Assembly: GCA_046563655.1 (NCBI GenBank)
Contig: CM102290.1
Span: 13,764,001-13,828,000 of the forward strand
DNA from: Yuukianura sp. NJ FZ-2021
Taxonomy: Eukaryota
Direction: 5' to 3'
Length of the DNA: 64,000 bases
Shown: piece by piece, positions 1 to 12,638 of the stretch
Numbering within the stretch: the stretch's first letter is position 1
How the letters are laid out: each line of letters begins with the position of its first letter
Made by a program: the position numbers and the translations under genes
Notes under the pieces: model-generated
The model's input: only the letters and a program-made list of their open reading frames with translations
Told to the model about the DNA's origin: nothing
Database searches by the model: none

Positions 1-335
1 AGTTAAAAGTTTACTCTGAAAATCACTCTTTTTAAATAACATAATTCCAAATTTCAAAAAGTTAAAAATTTACTCTGAAAATCACTCTTTTTAGATAACA
101 TAATTCCAAATTCCAAAATGTTAAAAGTTTACTCTGAAAATCACTCTTTTTAAATAACATAATTCCAAATTCCAAAAAGTTAAAAGTTTACTCTGAAAAT
201 CACTCTTTTTAAATAACATAATTCCAAATTCCAAAAAGTTAAAAGTTTACTCTGAAAATCACTCTTTTTAAATAACATAATTCAAAATTTCAAAAAGTTA
301 AAAATTTACTCTGAAAATCACTCTTTTTAAGCAAC
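1..335. repeat. Tandem minisatellite, ~59-bp unit, >5 copies, runs off the left edge
   Basis: Unit AGTTAAAAGTTTACTCTGAAAATCACTCTTTTTAAATAACATAATTCCAAATTYCAAAA repeats directly; ~2 diverged reverse-complement units at ~43590-43695. Confidence 0.95.
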
Positions 336-480
336 ACTAGGAAAATAGGCACATCTCTTCTTTTTTTTCTTGTTTATAAACCAGTACGAAACTAAAACTT
401 TTTCAAATTTTCATTCTTTTGCTGATTATCTAAGTCTCGCGTGTTACATCAAACTTTTGTTTGTTTTTTGTTTTTTGCTA

Positions 481-910
481 CAGTGGAACTTCTCATTGCA
501 CAACTTTTTTCCCGGCCTTTTCCTAATAGTGAGATACAGTAAAACTCAAATTTGAAAAGGGATTTAACTTGTAAGCAAACCAAAACGCTGCTCAAATGTG
601 CTAAATTCGGAGTCGTGCAGTCAAGGCTTGTTGACTCTGATTTTCTTTAACAGGTTAAGGAAGACCTCAAAAACATGAGTTTTTCGGTTTTGCAAAAAAA
701 GTGTCTTTCATTTCCGGGTATTGTACACGAATTGGTACAAATTTTTTTGGATTGGCACCAATTTTTTTTCATTTTTTTTTTGTCGAGGTGGTACTCCACC
801 TGCTAAAGAAAATTCATTTTTCGTTGTCAAGGAACCTTGCTTAGAGCAGAGAGGAAACTCTTGTTCAAACCAACCAATGAGAGCGTGTTGCACAATGGAA
901 GGTTCTACTG
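481..910. mobile_element. MITE family A (Tc1/mariner/pogo-like ends, TA flanks) carrying a nested family B element at 622-839
   Basis: TA|CAGTGGAACTTCTCATTGCACAAC ... GTTGCACAATGGAAGGTTCTACTG|TA; internal CAAGG...GGAACCTTG element. Confidence 0.8.
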
Positions 911-1900
911 TAATTCCTTTTCACTAGATCACTGAATCAAAACAGGAGTCATTAGTGCCAAAAGTAGTCGTAGTTTTGGCAATTAGGAAGAAATGTTCAC
1001 CCGCATGTTTCAAAAAATAAATAGTGTGGTGGTTGATGAGCAGCATGCAAGGGAGTTGTAATGATGCTGGAGGCGTGTTAAAACCGCCCTCTAAGCTTCT
1101 ATTGAATAATATGGACACTGGAGAGGAAGCATAGTAAAAAGCACTTCCGTCCATCACTCAGGCTCACTTGATTCAATTAAGGCCTCAAACAAAAGAGAAA
1201 GCACCCACGACTTGCTCCATTCCATGCACAGTTACTATTAGCACTCCCGCCAAGATTTGAGGCAGCGCTTTTGTGATTGGCTGGAGAAAGCTGAAATAAC
1301 AGTTACGACAAACCCATTTCTTGGAGTCTCCAGCTCACTTTCAGTCAAAACTTTTCTGGAAAAGTTGATCCAGCGATTTCCGTTTGTCACTTGGCATAAA
1401 TTTGAATTTCACACCTTCATTTTCCGTAAGAAAAGGAACATGAGAAATTAGCCTACTTTGAAACAGGAAAGCACCGCTCTAAATATAAAGTGGTTTGGGC
1501 AACGAAAATTTTCAAAAAATTTTCTCCGTCAGGAAAAGTGGTTTGTGCAACTAAAATTTTCAAAAAATTCTTTCCGCCGGGGAAAGTGGAGCAGAGGATA
1601 AAGACATGAAGATAAGACTGGCTGCTTACCACGACCTTTGACCTTTCGCTTTCTCCCGACCATTCTAAATTCATGTCGTTTCCTATTGCTAAAAACATCC
1701 TAACTCCCATTATTTATTCACGCCCTTCCAACTACCACCGAAAACACATTTTTTTCCTCTGAGCTTGGATCTGTCATAATTGCACAATTGAGTTACACGA
1801 AGTGTACAAAAAAAATTTTTTTCTAATAAAAAATAAAGGCTTACGTGTCAAAAAAAAACAATTAGAGTACAGCTTTTGAGCTGCCAAAGAACAGTCAAGG

Positions 1901-2209
1901 CAAGGTTGCTAAAATAATGAAATAGTTTTTCTTTAGCAGGTTAGGCAATAAGTCCTATTTTCGAAAAACCTTGAGTCAAACAACTTTTTTTCACCCTTTT
2001 TGTTTTTTTTAGCTTTTACTCCTTTTCTACTTTGAATTTTCCCATTTCAAAAGCCATGTCTCTGAATTTTTTAATTCCATTTACCATACCAACCGCGATT
2101 GAAACTTTTTGAATTCAGTTTTTAAAAAAATACAGTTTGCAAAAACCTTAAAACTTAAGTTATTGCCTAACCTGTTAAAGAAAAAGCATTTCTTTGTTTA
2201 TCCACCTTG
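1901..2209. mobile_element. MITE family B (CAAGG...CCTTG, 8-bp TSD)
   Basis: Flanks AGTCAAGG / AGTCCAGG (1 mismatch); internal inverted CAGGTTAGGCAATAA / TTATTGCCTAACCTG. Confidence 0.8.
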
Positions 2210-3509
2210 AGTCCAGGTTCACAAAAATTTCTGAAGTGGCGTAGAATTTTTAAACATAAAAAATCTTGGCTTTTTCTTTAGCAATTTAAATTCAAATTGA
2301 GAAATTTAGACTCACGGAAAATTCCGGAAACAATGGAATGCTTTTGAGCCAAAAAGAAAAAAGACGGAAATGTTTAAGAAAAAAAGGAAAATGAATTTAA
2401 GCGTAGAAGTTCGTGCAATATGGCTGGACTTGAATTCTTTCTTCCAAGTGAAGAATTTCTATTGATATTAGCGTTGAGCGGAGTAAAAACATCTAAATTT
2501 TTGTGAAAGTTGAATACTACGAATATTTTGTTGCTGACGCATTAAAGAGATGAGGTTCAATTTAAAAATAGGTTATGTTTATGCTGTTTTTCCAACAGTA
2601 ATGATCTCACTCCGTACGCGTGTACGCGGCTTTCTCTTGTTTTTCTTTGTCTAACAAATTTCTTCCACTTGAATCGCTTCGGCGCGCAGTTTCGCTTTCA
2701 CCTAAATTTCTCAAACATTTAAGCTCCATTAAACCCTTGTCTCAAGTATGAGTACCTTATGACTAACAGGAAATAAGTGACTTTCTTTCTTATAATAGAT
2801 GCTTTCTCTCCATAATGGCTCCAAACTACAAAATTACCTCTCTTCAAACACTGTGTCCATTTTTTCTTACTTTTCTCACTATAGTCCTACCACCATTAAT
2901 GATGTCATAAATAACAAAAACAGCACTTAAAAAGTGACACCTTTCGTCGATGTTTTGAAATCAAGTGTTTTATGTAAAAAAAAATCCTATTTTTTTACTT
3001 TCTACTCAATATATGAGCCATTACTTTTTCTCCAATCTCAATTTCTGTGTTTTTCCATGCATACACTCATTTTTGAAAAACAAAGTCATTCATTTTCGCT
3101 GCGTTTTGACTGGTTTGGTTTCCACTCACGTCAGTAGTGCATGAGTAAGTTATGCTGCTAACTGACTGCCAACATGGGGCAAGGACATGCACCAATGGAA
3201 ATTTGGATCACAACAGCATGTTGAATTGTACGTTTCACTTTTTTCAGTCTTTCTGTTTTTTGGTTTAGGTTTATTTTCTGAAAGTTGTATGTTACAAATG
3301 TGCATGAAAGTGAAAGTACTATAGAGAAAGCAAATCTGGAAATTACAGCTTTGGAGTTGTGTTTTTCAGAGCAGTAATCAAACGTCATCAATTCAAATTT
3401 AGAAAATTGCCTTCACTCGCTCACTCGGTCAATTCGGTTGACTTTCATTTCACTTCACGTTCACTTTCATTTGAGCCAATTTCGCTCAAATATATCTTAC
3501 AGACTGCAC

Positions 3510-3726
3510 CAAGGTTCCTTGACAACCGAATTGTATTTCCTGCAACAGGTTGTCCAATAACTCAGCGTTTTCAAAAATCTTGCTTCAAACAACTTTTATC
3601 ACCAACCCCACTTAGATTACAAAAAATTACCAAATACAGATTTGCTACTTTTAAACAAATTTTAAAGCTTCGAGTTATTCGACAACCTGATGTAGAAGAA
3701 CCTTTCTTTTTTATTTACGAACCTTG
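3510..3726. mobile_element. MITE family B
   Basis: CAAGGTTCCTTGACAAC...TTTACGAACCTTG; flanks GACTGCAC / GTCTGCAC. Confidence 0.85.
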
Positions 3727-4599
3727 GTCTGCACAAAAGGATTCCAAAGTCAATAGGATCAGCTGCTGTAAATTTTTCCAAGGTTGATAGAAGTATGATG
3801 TGACTTTCTCCTGGGCTAGGCTTGGCAGACGTGGAAAGAGAGAAACACGGAGTATTTGGGAGTTGATTTATTTGATCTCTTAAGGAAAATCTGAATTCCT
3901 TCCTTCTTTTTCCTATTGTAGTTATGTGTTTTGGCAGAAAACGAAAAAAGAAAGTGTTAAGAGACCAAGGTGGGAACACCGAGGAACAAAGGAAATAAAT
4001 TTTAGTAAAAAACTTGATCATATTTTTGTCTCCCTCTACAACTTGAGCTGTTAAATCCCAAACAATATTCTTGGAAATAACTTTTATTTCTATCCTGCCC
4101 TCTTTGACAGTCAAAAGAGAAAGAAAGGAATAAATCAAGCAATTCCGCGCCCTGTCTCCTTTGGACTTTAAAAAATTTTCTGCCTCACTCAACCTGGAAC
4201 TGTTCGTCTACATTTTTGCATCACAAAATCTTCCCATGCTCCTAACGAAAGCTTAAAATCCCAGTTAGAACTTAATATTTCTTGACGAATCTTTTCCAGC
4301 AGAAGATGAAAGTAAAAAAAGCATCAAGGGAGATGGGGCCGGAAGAAGTTCAGCCTTTTTCTTCGCAACTTTCTCCTCCCCATTTCCTAGTACAAGGCTT
4401 TCCCCTTAAATTTAAAAAAAAAATAACGGTTTGATTTCTACGGTGCTGCACCTCCTTTTCCGGTTTGCTCAATTCCGTACTTTGAAGACTCAGGAAACTG
4501 CGAAATCCTAATTCAATATGATGATGAAATAGGAGAGAGATGAATGGAACAGGAACGTCATTTCTAACTGAGGAGGGATTCACTTGAACGATTTCAGTC

Positions 4600-4847
4600 C
4601 AAGGTTTTTTGACAACGAAAAATAAAATTTCTTTAACAGGTTGATTACTACCTAGCTTGTTGACAAAAAAAATGACACAAATTTGGTACCAATCCAAAAA
4701 ATTGGCACCAATTTAAAAAATTTAAAAATTCGGCTGTATTGTTATGACTACGATACCAAGAAATGAAAAACACTTTTTTTTTGGCAGAATCGAAAAAAAC
4801 ATGGGATTACTCAACCTATTAAAGAAAGTCAAAGTCAAGAAACCTTG
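4600..4847. mobile_element. MITE family B
   Basis: CAAGGTTTTTTGACAACG...GTCAAGAAACCTTG; body matches copies at 5605 and 47195; TSD degenerate. Confidence 0.8.
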
Positions 4848-5604
4848 AATTCAGCCACTGCTGCTCCAATTCCATTTCCAGAATTAGGTTCAGGAAGGAA
4901 CGAAGAATGTCAAGGAGCTTTTGACAAGGTTTTTCTACGAAGTGATTTTGATTTTGACCTCCTGGGCTCCTTGAAGATGTGTCCTAATGTTATGCCTCCA
5001 GAGACTGCACCCCCTTTTCTACATGATGTTGATCATGGGAAGAGACACGGCGGATGTCTTGGAAGAGACCACTTTCCCAAATGACTGCTCCTTCCAGTGA
5101 AAGTAAAACTGAAGGAACTATTTACTCTGCAATGACTAGTAGATTCCTGCTAGTAGTTTAGTCCCTCTGGCAATCTATGGTTCCGTTCCATACTATGCCA
5201 CATTTAGTCTTTACGCAACTTTCGCCACAAAATGCTCAACCCATCTTTCCTGATGTCTTCTTTGGGAATGAAACAACAGGCTTCCAAAAGTCTCATTTTG
5301 TGCTCAAAGTAAACAAAATTACTCCTGTTCCGTCCCTTCTCAAAACAATCTTCAACTGCTCATTTCAACTTAAGATGAAGGAGGATCTTGCAGCCTTCCC
5401 TCTGGACTTGTAACTTTCTCCTTTCTCTCAGTGTCTCATGTGACTTTTAGAAAACGGGGCTCAGCGTTTTAAAAAACTCGACTTTCCAGTATCTTTCTAA
5501 ATCATTATGCCCAGAATTCAATCCAAAACAAACCTGAAGAGGCAAAAAAAAGAGACGAAATGTACAAGGAACTGAGTGATTTGCAGAACTTTCTCCATCC
5601 GGTC

Positions 5605-5869
5605 CAAGGTTCCCTGACAACAAAAAATTAATTTTTTAACAGGTTGCGTACTAACTCGCTTGTTCACAGAAAAATAAAAAATGGTACCAATTGTATTAGC
5701 AATCCAAAAACTTGCTACGGATTCGTATGCAAAATTTAAAAAATTCGGCTGTGTTGTTCTGACTACGATACCCTGAAATGAAAAAACACTTTTTTTGCAA
5801 AAGCAAAAAAACGTGAGGTATTACTCAACCTGTTATGGAAAATATAAAAATCAGAGTCAAAAAACCTTG
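5605..5869. mobile_element. MITE family B
   Basis: CAAGGTTCCCTGACAAC...GTCAAAAAACCTTG; flanks ATCCGGTC / ATTCGGTG. Confidence 0.8.
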
Positions 5870-6865
5870 ATTCGGTGAAAGTTCTGTTCTGGTGTTGTGG
5901 ATGCGATTTTAGATTTATTAAATAATCTAATAGTTTGTAGTAACGAGGCAAAATGTTGCTGATCATTGGCGTTACCTCTTTGTGTCATTACGGGATGCTC
6001 ATGTTTTCATTAGAGCCTTACAAATTCATTTAGAAATGAACGTAAACAGATATTGATGAAAGTAAAGAGATCTAAAGACTCTCTGTTCCGAAACAGTTGG
6101 TGTCACTCTCTCCTGTTCCCACGATACCGACTTTTGTCCTCCACAAAAATGGATGAACAAAGGAAGGTGAGTCGAAACCTTGCTGCGACGGAGAAGATGG
6201 AGATGATGAAAAAAAAAGCCAAAGTCTGTTGTGAAATAGCCTCTCTTCATCAGTTTTCTACTCACAAAAAGTTGCCCAACTTTTATTTATATTTTTTCCC
6301 CGAAACCTAACTTTCTCCTCAAAAAAAGTTGAAAGAAAAAGTAAAAGTTTTGAGGATCTGAAGAAGATTGAAGGTAAAGGGTTATGTTCGCGGTAACTTT
6401 TCGGATCCACTTTGATTTGGCCTTGACATGCTTCCGTTCCTTGACTTTCTCTGAAACCAAGAGTGGGAGTGACTTTGGAAGTACTAAAAAGTGCAGCTCT
6501 GGTAGAAGGAAGCTCTACGTAACCACTTTAGTATTCAACCAAACCTAATTAATTGAGCTCTTATGATGATGGAGAAAGTTGGGCTACAGCAATCTTTGTC
6601 CAAATTGGTCCAAGGGGTTGAGCAATTCAAAATAGATGGACTTTAGTGCACTTACTCTGTTAAAACCGTTGCGAGGCAATGCTAATTCGGAGTACCCACA
6701 GGACCAGTTGAAAGTTGACTAGTAGCAAACACTCCGTCACTTCATCCATCAGTTGTCCCTAGGAAATCGACCGAAGGCTTCACTACACTACCGACAAAAT
6801 CTCCATAATGCCATAATTCAATCTGCCGTTCCCGCCCTTTTGGACGGAGGCTAGAAAATGTATTA

Positions 6866-7284
6866 CAGTAGAACCTCTCATTACGCAACACGCTTTGATT
6901 GGTTGGCTAGAAAGGCGTTTTCGCGGCTTTGTAGCCTGTGGGAACAGTCCCACTGCCCAACGCGAAGCATGGAGGTGCATGGAAGGACAGTACATGTTAT
7001 GGTAGCCTTCTGATTCTATCTTGTGTAGACTAGAACTTGATAGCTCAATGGTTAGAGCTTTTCCTGGATTGAAGCTATGTGGGTCCGAGTCCCACTCGGT
7101 TCATTATTTTTTCTGCACGAGCCCTGAACCTCACAGTTTTTGTTCAGTCCTGAATTTTAACACATTGAAAATATTGAGAAAGCGTTTTGTTTACAAGTTG
7201 AATATCTGTAAAAAAAATTGAGTTTTGCGATATCTGAGGTCAGGAGAGGCGGAGGAAAAAGTTGCACATTGAGAGGTTCCACTG
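6866..7284. mobile_element. MITE family A with an internal tRNA-like segment
   Basis: TA|CAGTAGAACCTCTCATTACGCAAC ... GTTGCACATTGAGAGGTTCCACTG|TA. Confidence 0.85.
7033..7103 (+). pseudogene. Degenerate tRNA-like sequence (tRNA pseudogene or SINE head)
   Basis: A-box/D-arm TAGCTCAATGGTTAGAGC, T-arm GTGGG-TCCGAGT-CCCAC, acceptor-like GAAC.../...GTTC, followed by a T run; anticodon arm does not fold cleanly. Confidence 0.6.
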
Positions 7285-9119
7285 TATAGGAAATCCGTGT
7301 AAAACGGAATTGTTTGGCAATTTGAGCACAGAAGAGCGATGTCGTTGAAACCTTTCCCCAAATACACTTTTGTAGGAAATTGATTTCGCCGGTGCCGATG
7401 GAGACACGAACTGAGGATTTTGTGTATTTGGAGCTTTAGAAATTTTTGAAACTCTCGTTCACCAAAAAATTGTCATAAGAATAATGGCAGTGGTGAATAG
7501 GTTATGTTGATTTTGGAGCAACGTATGACCCGTTGCTAGGAAACTGAGAAAAGACGCTTTTGAAAAGTACTTGTGCCTTTCACCGGAGTGAGGAGACTTT
7601 AAGTCCCCTTATCATGCTTCCGTTTCCTAATAGTTACTAAAGTAGGAAAATCTATTTCCTAGAAGTGATAAAGTACTCATCCTTTTATTCCATTATGTTT
7701 CCAATACACTTTTCACTGGGAAGGAAGAGCAAAGTAAAATCCTTTTAAGGCTCCCCTTGCAATTTCAAAGTCTCCTGGACAAAATGAGGTTCCAGTTCTT
7801 TTCCCGGGTTTTAAAGGGATTCCAGCCGCGACTTTTCTTGCTTCTCTCCAATTCAACAAGGATGTGCTGTGTGCAGTAGCAATTAAAGCCTCTTCGTACA
7901 GACTGCGTGGCGGAACTTGTAATTTGCTTAGTCAACCATTTTTGGATTCTGGACTAAATTGGGGAGGCGGGGCTTGAGGAACTGGAAGCAGGTATCACTT
8001 CATAGAACAGCTTGCCAAAGAACGGGAAATTGGCCATTAGGAGTCAAGTTTTGAAATTTATTGGTGCTCACACATGGGTCCAAGCGGAGCCTTTATTAGC
8101 CGCTAATTCCGACTATTCCGAGGAATGTCCTGCCCCTACTAACTTACAAACCAATCTATTAAATCCTCCCTCCACCCTGTTATTAACGAGTATCAATTTT
8201 CCAACTTTCACCAAGCGCCATGAGCTGCATTTCTATTTGGAAGGAGTCATTCAATTAAGGCCGCGTATTCATCGTTGAGTCAAAATTCTTTTCCTTCCTT
8301 GAATTTTTTTAGTGTGAACAAGGCTTAAGTTTAACTAAACGACATTCACTTTCACCACTTTTCCACTTCATTGCCAAAACATAATCAACAATTTCAGATT
8401 TAACAACTTCAAGGTTACCAGTTCCGCACACAGTTTTTCTTCCAGAAGTTAGCCATTTATATCCATTATCCAGCCATTTCTTCCGGATAAAACCACATGA
8501 GATATATTATCCACTGGACGAATCGTCAAAAACGCCCACTAACAATGGTATTAGCCATCCGAAAACACTATGACTTAACTTTTGTGCAAAGACAAAGTTG
8601 CGACAGACTACTGAGGGTGACACTGTAGAAGATGACATGAGCATAACTTGCAGGATCGCGTTTCCCATTTTAAACATGAATCTAGAAATGGAGAACGGAT
8701 GAGGTAATGATGCTGAAGTGTCAAATCCTGGATTCCCTGGACAAGACAGATAGTTCCTGGATTTTAGATTCCATGGGTATAGATGCCATCCTAACTCCTA
8801 TTAGCTAACCTAACCATAACAGGGAAAACTAAAGACAAAAATCTAGTCTGGAACGAGATACTTTATCCTCAAAAGCCAAAGTTCCTGTCGCCGTCAGTTA
8901 TGTCATCCAAAATGGATTCTATTCTTCCTACTAATCCATCAGCACAAATCCACCAGACACGCCTCCTCCTAACACCCAAATTACATTTCCAACCTTGATT
9001 TTAGTTTTAACTCTCCAAAATCTCATGAAACGACTTCCTTTTTCTCTTTCACCACACAACCATGGAAAATCCCCTCTGAAAATTGTTTTTGAATCTCGCA
9101 GTGCTCAATTTGGATAGTA

Positions 9120-9389
9120 CAGTGGAACCTCTCATTGCGCAACACGCCCTGATTGGTTGGCTTGGTTGGCTTGGAAAAGAGTTTTCCCGGCTGTATTCCG
9201 ACACATTTGAGGTATTTGACCAGCGTTTTGTTTAAAAACGCACAAAGTTACGCAATGAGAGGTTCTACTGTATTGTTTAAAATATTCAATCAGCGTTTTG
9301 TTTTGTTTACAGGCTAAATCCCTCAACAAAAAGTTTTAGATACTTCAGGAGAGGCGGAGCAAAAAGTTGCACAACGAGAGGTTCTACTG
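9120..9389. mobile_element. MITE family A, one left end and two right ends (9270 and 9389)
   Basis: TA|CAGTGGAACCTCTCATTGCGCAAC; GAGAGGTTCTACTG|TA occurs twice downstream. Confidence 0.8.
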
Positions 9390-10415
9390 TACTTTGCTCT
9401 ACAAATCTAAACACTTACGATACACTTTTCATTTTACTGATGTTTTTCACCTAAATTGAATAAATACACTCCAGAAAATTCCAGACAAAAAGCAAGTTGA
9501 ACAAAACACGATGGAGTTGGTCAATTTTTAGGTTTTCAGACCAAACCTTTTATCTTAATTTCATCCATAATTTGAACTCTGTCCTGTTCTGGACTCTGCA
9601 GAACCAAAACTACAACCAAAATATTCCAAATTGAACCCATTATATTCTTTTTACACTCAGGTTGAATCTAAATTTGAATTTGGAGCGCCAAATTGACCGC
9701 ACCGCCATTTTCAAAATGATAACAGTTTCCTGCTTGTTGTGGAAGCGAGTAACTCTCGGCCAAAACTTTCCAACATAAAACACTTTCTCCCTCTGCTTTC
9801 TCCAGAAAAAAAAGTTTGGAATTGGTATTTTATTTTGATTTAAAGTAGAGAAAGTAACTACAGAAGTCCAGTGGAAACGTGCTGTTCGTGTGTCGTGGTT
9901 TCTCAAAGAGTGCTTTTGGAGAAAGTTTAAATAATTTGAGTTCTACTGCCATTCGTACAAGTAGTTGCCTATTACTTTATGTAAGACTTCCAGTCCTAGC
10001 ATTGCGAGAGAAAGAGGACAACAGGGAGATAAGTTGGGGACGTTGTGTTAAATACGGAATGCCAACCTTGTTTTTCCTTGGATTCGAGAAGAAAGTCAGC
10101 GACTTTTAAAACTTTGCAACACTCTTTCCCTCAAACATGTTGTGGTTTCATAAATAATTCTAACGCCTTGCTTTACTCAAACTTTTCAAAGTCTAGAGAG
10201 TGCTAAGATCTGAAATCCTAAAGTTCTTTAGATGCTGCAAAGATGTGCTGGGAGGCTCCAGTACACAACAGATTTAGTCAGGGTCTTTAAAATCGTTTCG
10301 TAACTATAGCAACAAGAACTTGCAAACAAAGAGAGCTATCTCCGGTAAATTTAAAAGATGAGAAGCATAATACAACACAGTAAAAGGTGGCTCCATTCCT
10401 TTACTTTCCAGAATA

Positions 10416-10626
10416 CAGTAAAACCCATCATTTCGCAACACTTTCCCCCTTCGTCCTAGGACTAGAAAACTGTAAAACTGAAATTCTAGACATGAATTTT
10501 ACACACTTTCTAAAAATTTAATCGGTGACTTGAGTTTAACAAAAAAAGTTTTTCTTGTTGCAAAGCGTAGAGTTTTTCATGTTGCGGACCGAAAAGCTTT
10601 GTGTTGCGCAACGAGGGGTTTTACTG
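10416..10626. mobile_element. MITE family A variant
   Basis: TA|CAGTAAAACCCATCATTTCGCAACA ... TGTTGCGCAACGAGGGGTTTTACTG|TA. Confidence 0.8.
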
Positions 10627-11780
10627 TATCTCCAAATCTTTTGCCTTCTATGCTCTTAATGTGAAAGTTATAACTTTATGTCTATCCCTCTCTTTCCGCA
10701 GTCTTCCAGTTTAAATTTGGAAACGCCAACTAAAGCACTCAAAACTTTTAATTATTGAGACGTAGGAGAAAAAGACTAAAGGACTGGCGAACCAAGGACT
10801 AAAAGTGAGAATGGGATTTGGAAAGGTAACTTTCACTAATGCACAAAGTTGAGACTGGAAATGACACGTCTCAAAGAACAGTTATTCATAGTAGTGTGAG
10901 AAGTGGTGCTACCGTTAGTATACGGAAGTACTATCATCTCTAGGTATTTTGGCACAGATGAAATCCGAGAAGAAAAACATCACCCCGCCACCACTTTTCC
11001 TGCCTCTATCCACACAAATCCTACCAGAAACCCAGAAAAGCGGAAAACTCAAAATTGAAAAACCTTGCTTTTACAAGTAAGGAGTTCAGGAAATTTCAAA
11101 ATTTGGTTTTCCTTTTAAGCCGATTTGGATCTCTGAAAGAGGCATTGAAAAAGCAAACACACCAAGTAATTGTGAGAATATAACTTTCAAATGGGATTTT
11201 CAACCGGAGGTTTCAAATGAAGATGGCGTTCTGTAAATGGCTGTCCATAAAAACCTTAAATGAGTGCAGAAATGGTTTGGAAATAAGTTTTTTTCAGGAA
11301 AAGTTCCAACTGGAATGGAATTATGAAGGAAGTTGAGAGTGAGGGGAGCCTTAAGGGACCAACGTAAGGGACAGGGACCTGAACCTGTCGGTTTTCATTT
11401 GAAAGTGGGAAACTCACTCCACTCATATCAACTGTCAAGAACATTTGGCCTACAGGAGAGAAAGTTCTTTCACTTTGAAACAGCTTAAAAGGTGCTAGAT
11501 GTTCACAATGGTCAAATATTAGAAGGGAGAGAGGCAGAGTCTGCCTCTGCAAATTCAATCACAAGTTTTCTTCTGACTTTCACCAATGACTTTCACCAGC
11601 AGCCTCAACTCTGGGCAGACAGTGATTGGTCAGTTAGAGACCAGAGATTAACGACGTCCGCTTAACTTCTACCTACACTTTTGAACAACCAAGTCTCGTG
11701 ATTCAGTTTCTTTAATTTTCCGATTTTGATCTCACGAACGCACTTTTTAGAAATTTAGAAAGTCGGTATTTTTCAATATA

Positions 11781-12638
11781 CAGTGGATTCTCTAAATAAG
11801 GGACAGGAGCTCCTCCTCTTTCTCACTTTCACTCGAAGTCGCGGTACCGTAAAGTTTTAATTTTGGAGGGAACGTATGTTTCAGTTTATCGGCTTATTTT
11901 TTACGATTGTTTTTTTTGGTTAATTTTTTTTGGTGCGAAACAAAAGTAATTAGATAATTAAATGGAATTAGCTAATATTAATATATATATATTATATATA
12001 TATCTGCGCACAAACTGCGCAACAGCGCACAACCTGCGCAACAGCGCACAACCTGCGCAACAGCGCACAACCTGCGCAACAGCGCACAACCTGCGCAACA
12101 GCGCACAACCTGCGCAACAGCGCACAACCTGCGCAACAGCGCACAACCTGCGCAACAGCGCACAACCTGCGCAACAGCGCACAACCTGCGCAACAGCGCA
12201 CAACCTGCGCAACAGCGCACAACCTGCGCAACAGCGCACAACCTGCGCAACAGCGCACAACCTGCGCAACAGCGCACAACCTGCGCAACAGCGCACAACC
12301 TGCGCAACAGCGCACAACCTAGCACTGTATATAATATATTATATTATATAACCTGTTTAATAAGGGTGACATTCACAGCGTAATTTGCATATAATATACC
12401 ATATAATATTGATTAGTATATAGATATCACATATAATTAGCATTAATATATGAATATTATGTATATTAATATTAATTATATACTCTGAACTTCGAAACAG
12501 GAAATTTTCATTAGAATGGTGTTCCTAGCCTTAAATTCCATATAACTGACCGTTTACCAGAAATCTTACGGTACTGGGGGAGGCGCCTACTACCAATCCT
12601 CCAATCGTGATTTTTTCCCTTATTTAGAGAATCCACTG
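11781..12638. mobile_element. Non-autonomous Tc1/mariner-type element with perfect 23-bp TIRs and internal minisatellite
   Basis: TA|CAGTGGATTCTCTAAATAAGGGA ... TCCCTTATTTAGAGAATCCACTG|TA; no transposase ORF. Confidence 0.9.
12015..12320. repeat. 19-bp minisatellite, 16 identical copies
   Basis: (CTGCGCAACAGCGCACAAC)16 between TA-rich flanks. Confidence 0.97.

Noticed and set aside
3359..4192. 142-aa and 176-aa ORFs
   Set aside because: Overlap a MITE, low-complexity AT-rich composition, no recognisable domain.
7033..7103. Functional tRNA gene
   Set aside because: Anticodon arm does not pair and the T-loop deviates from TTCGA; kept only as a tRNA-derived relic.
12015..12320. Possible CRISPR or telomeric array
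   Set aside because: No spacers, not a telomere-type unit, and enclosed by transposon TIRs.
11958..12351. Four overlapping Cys/Ala/Arg-rich or repeat ORFs
   Set aside because: They are translations of the 19-bp minisatellite, which has no stop codons; no splice or family evidence.
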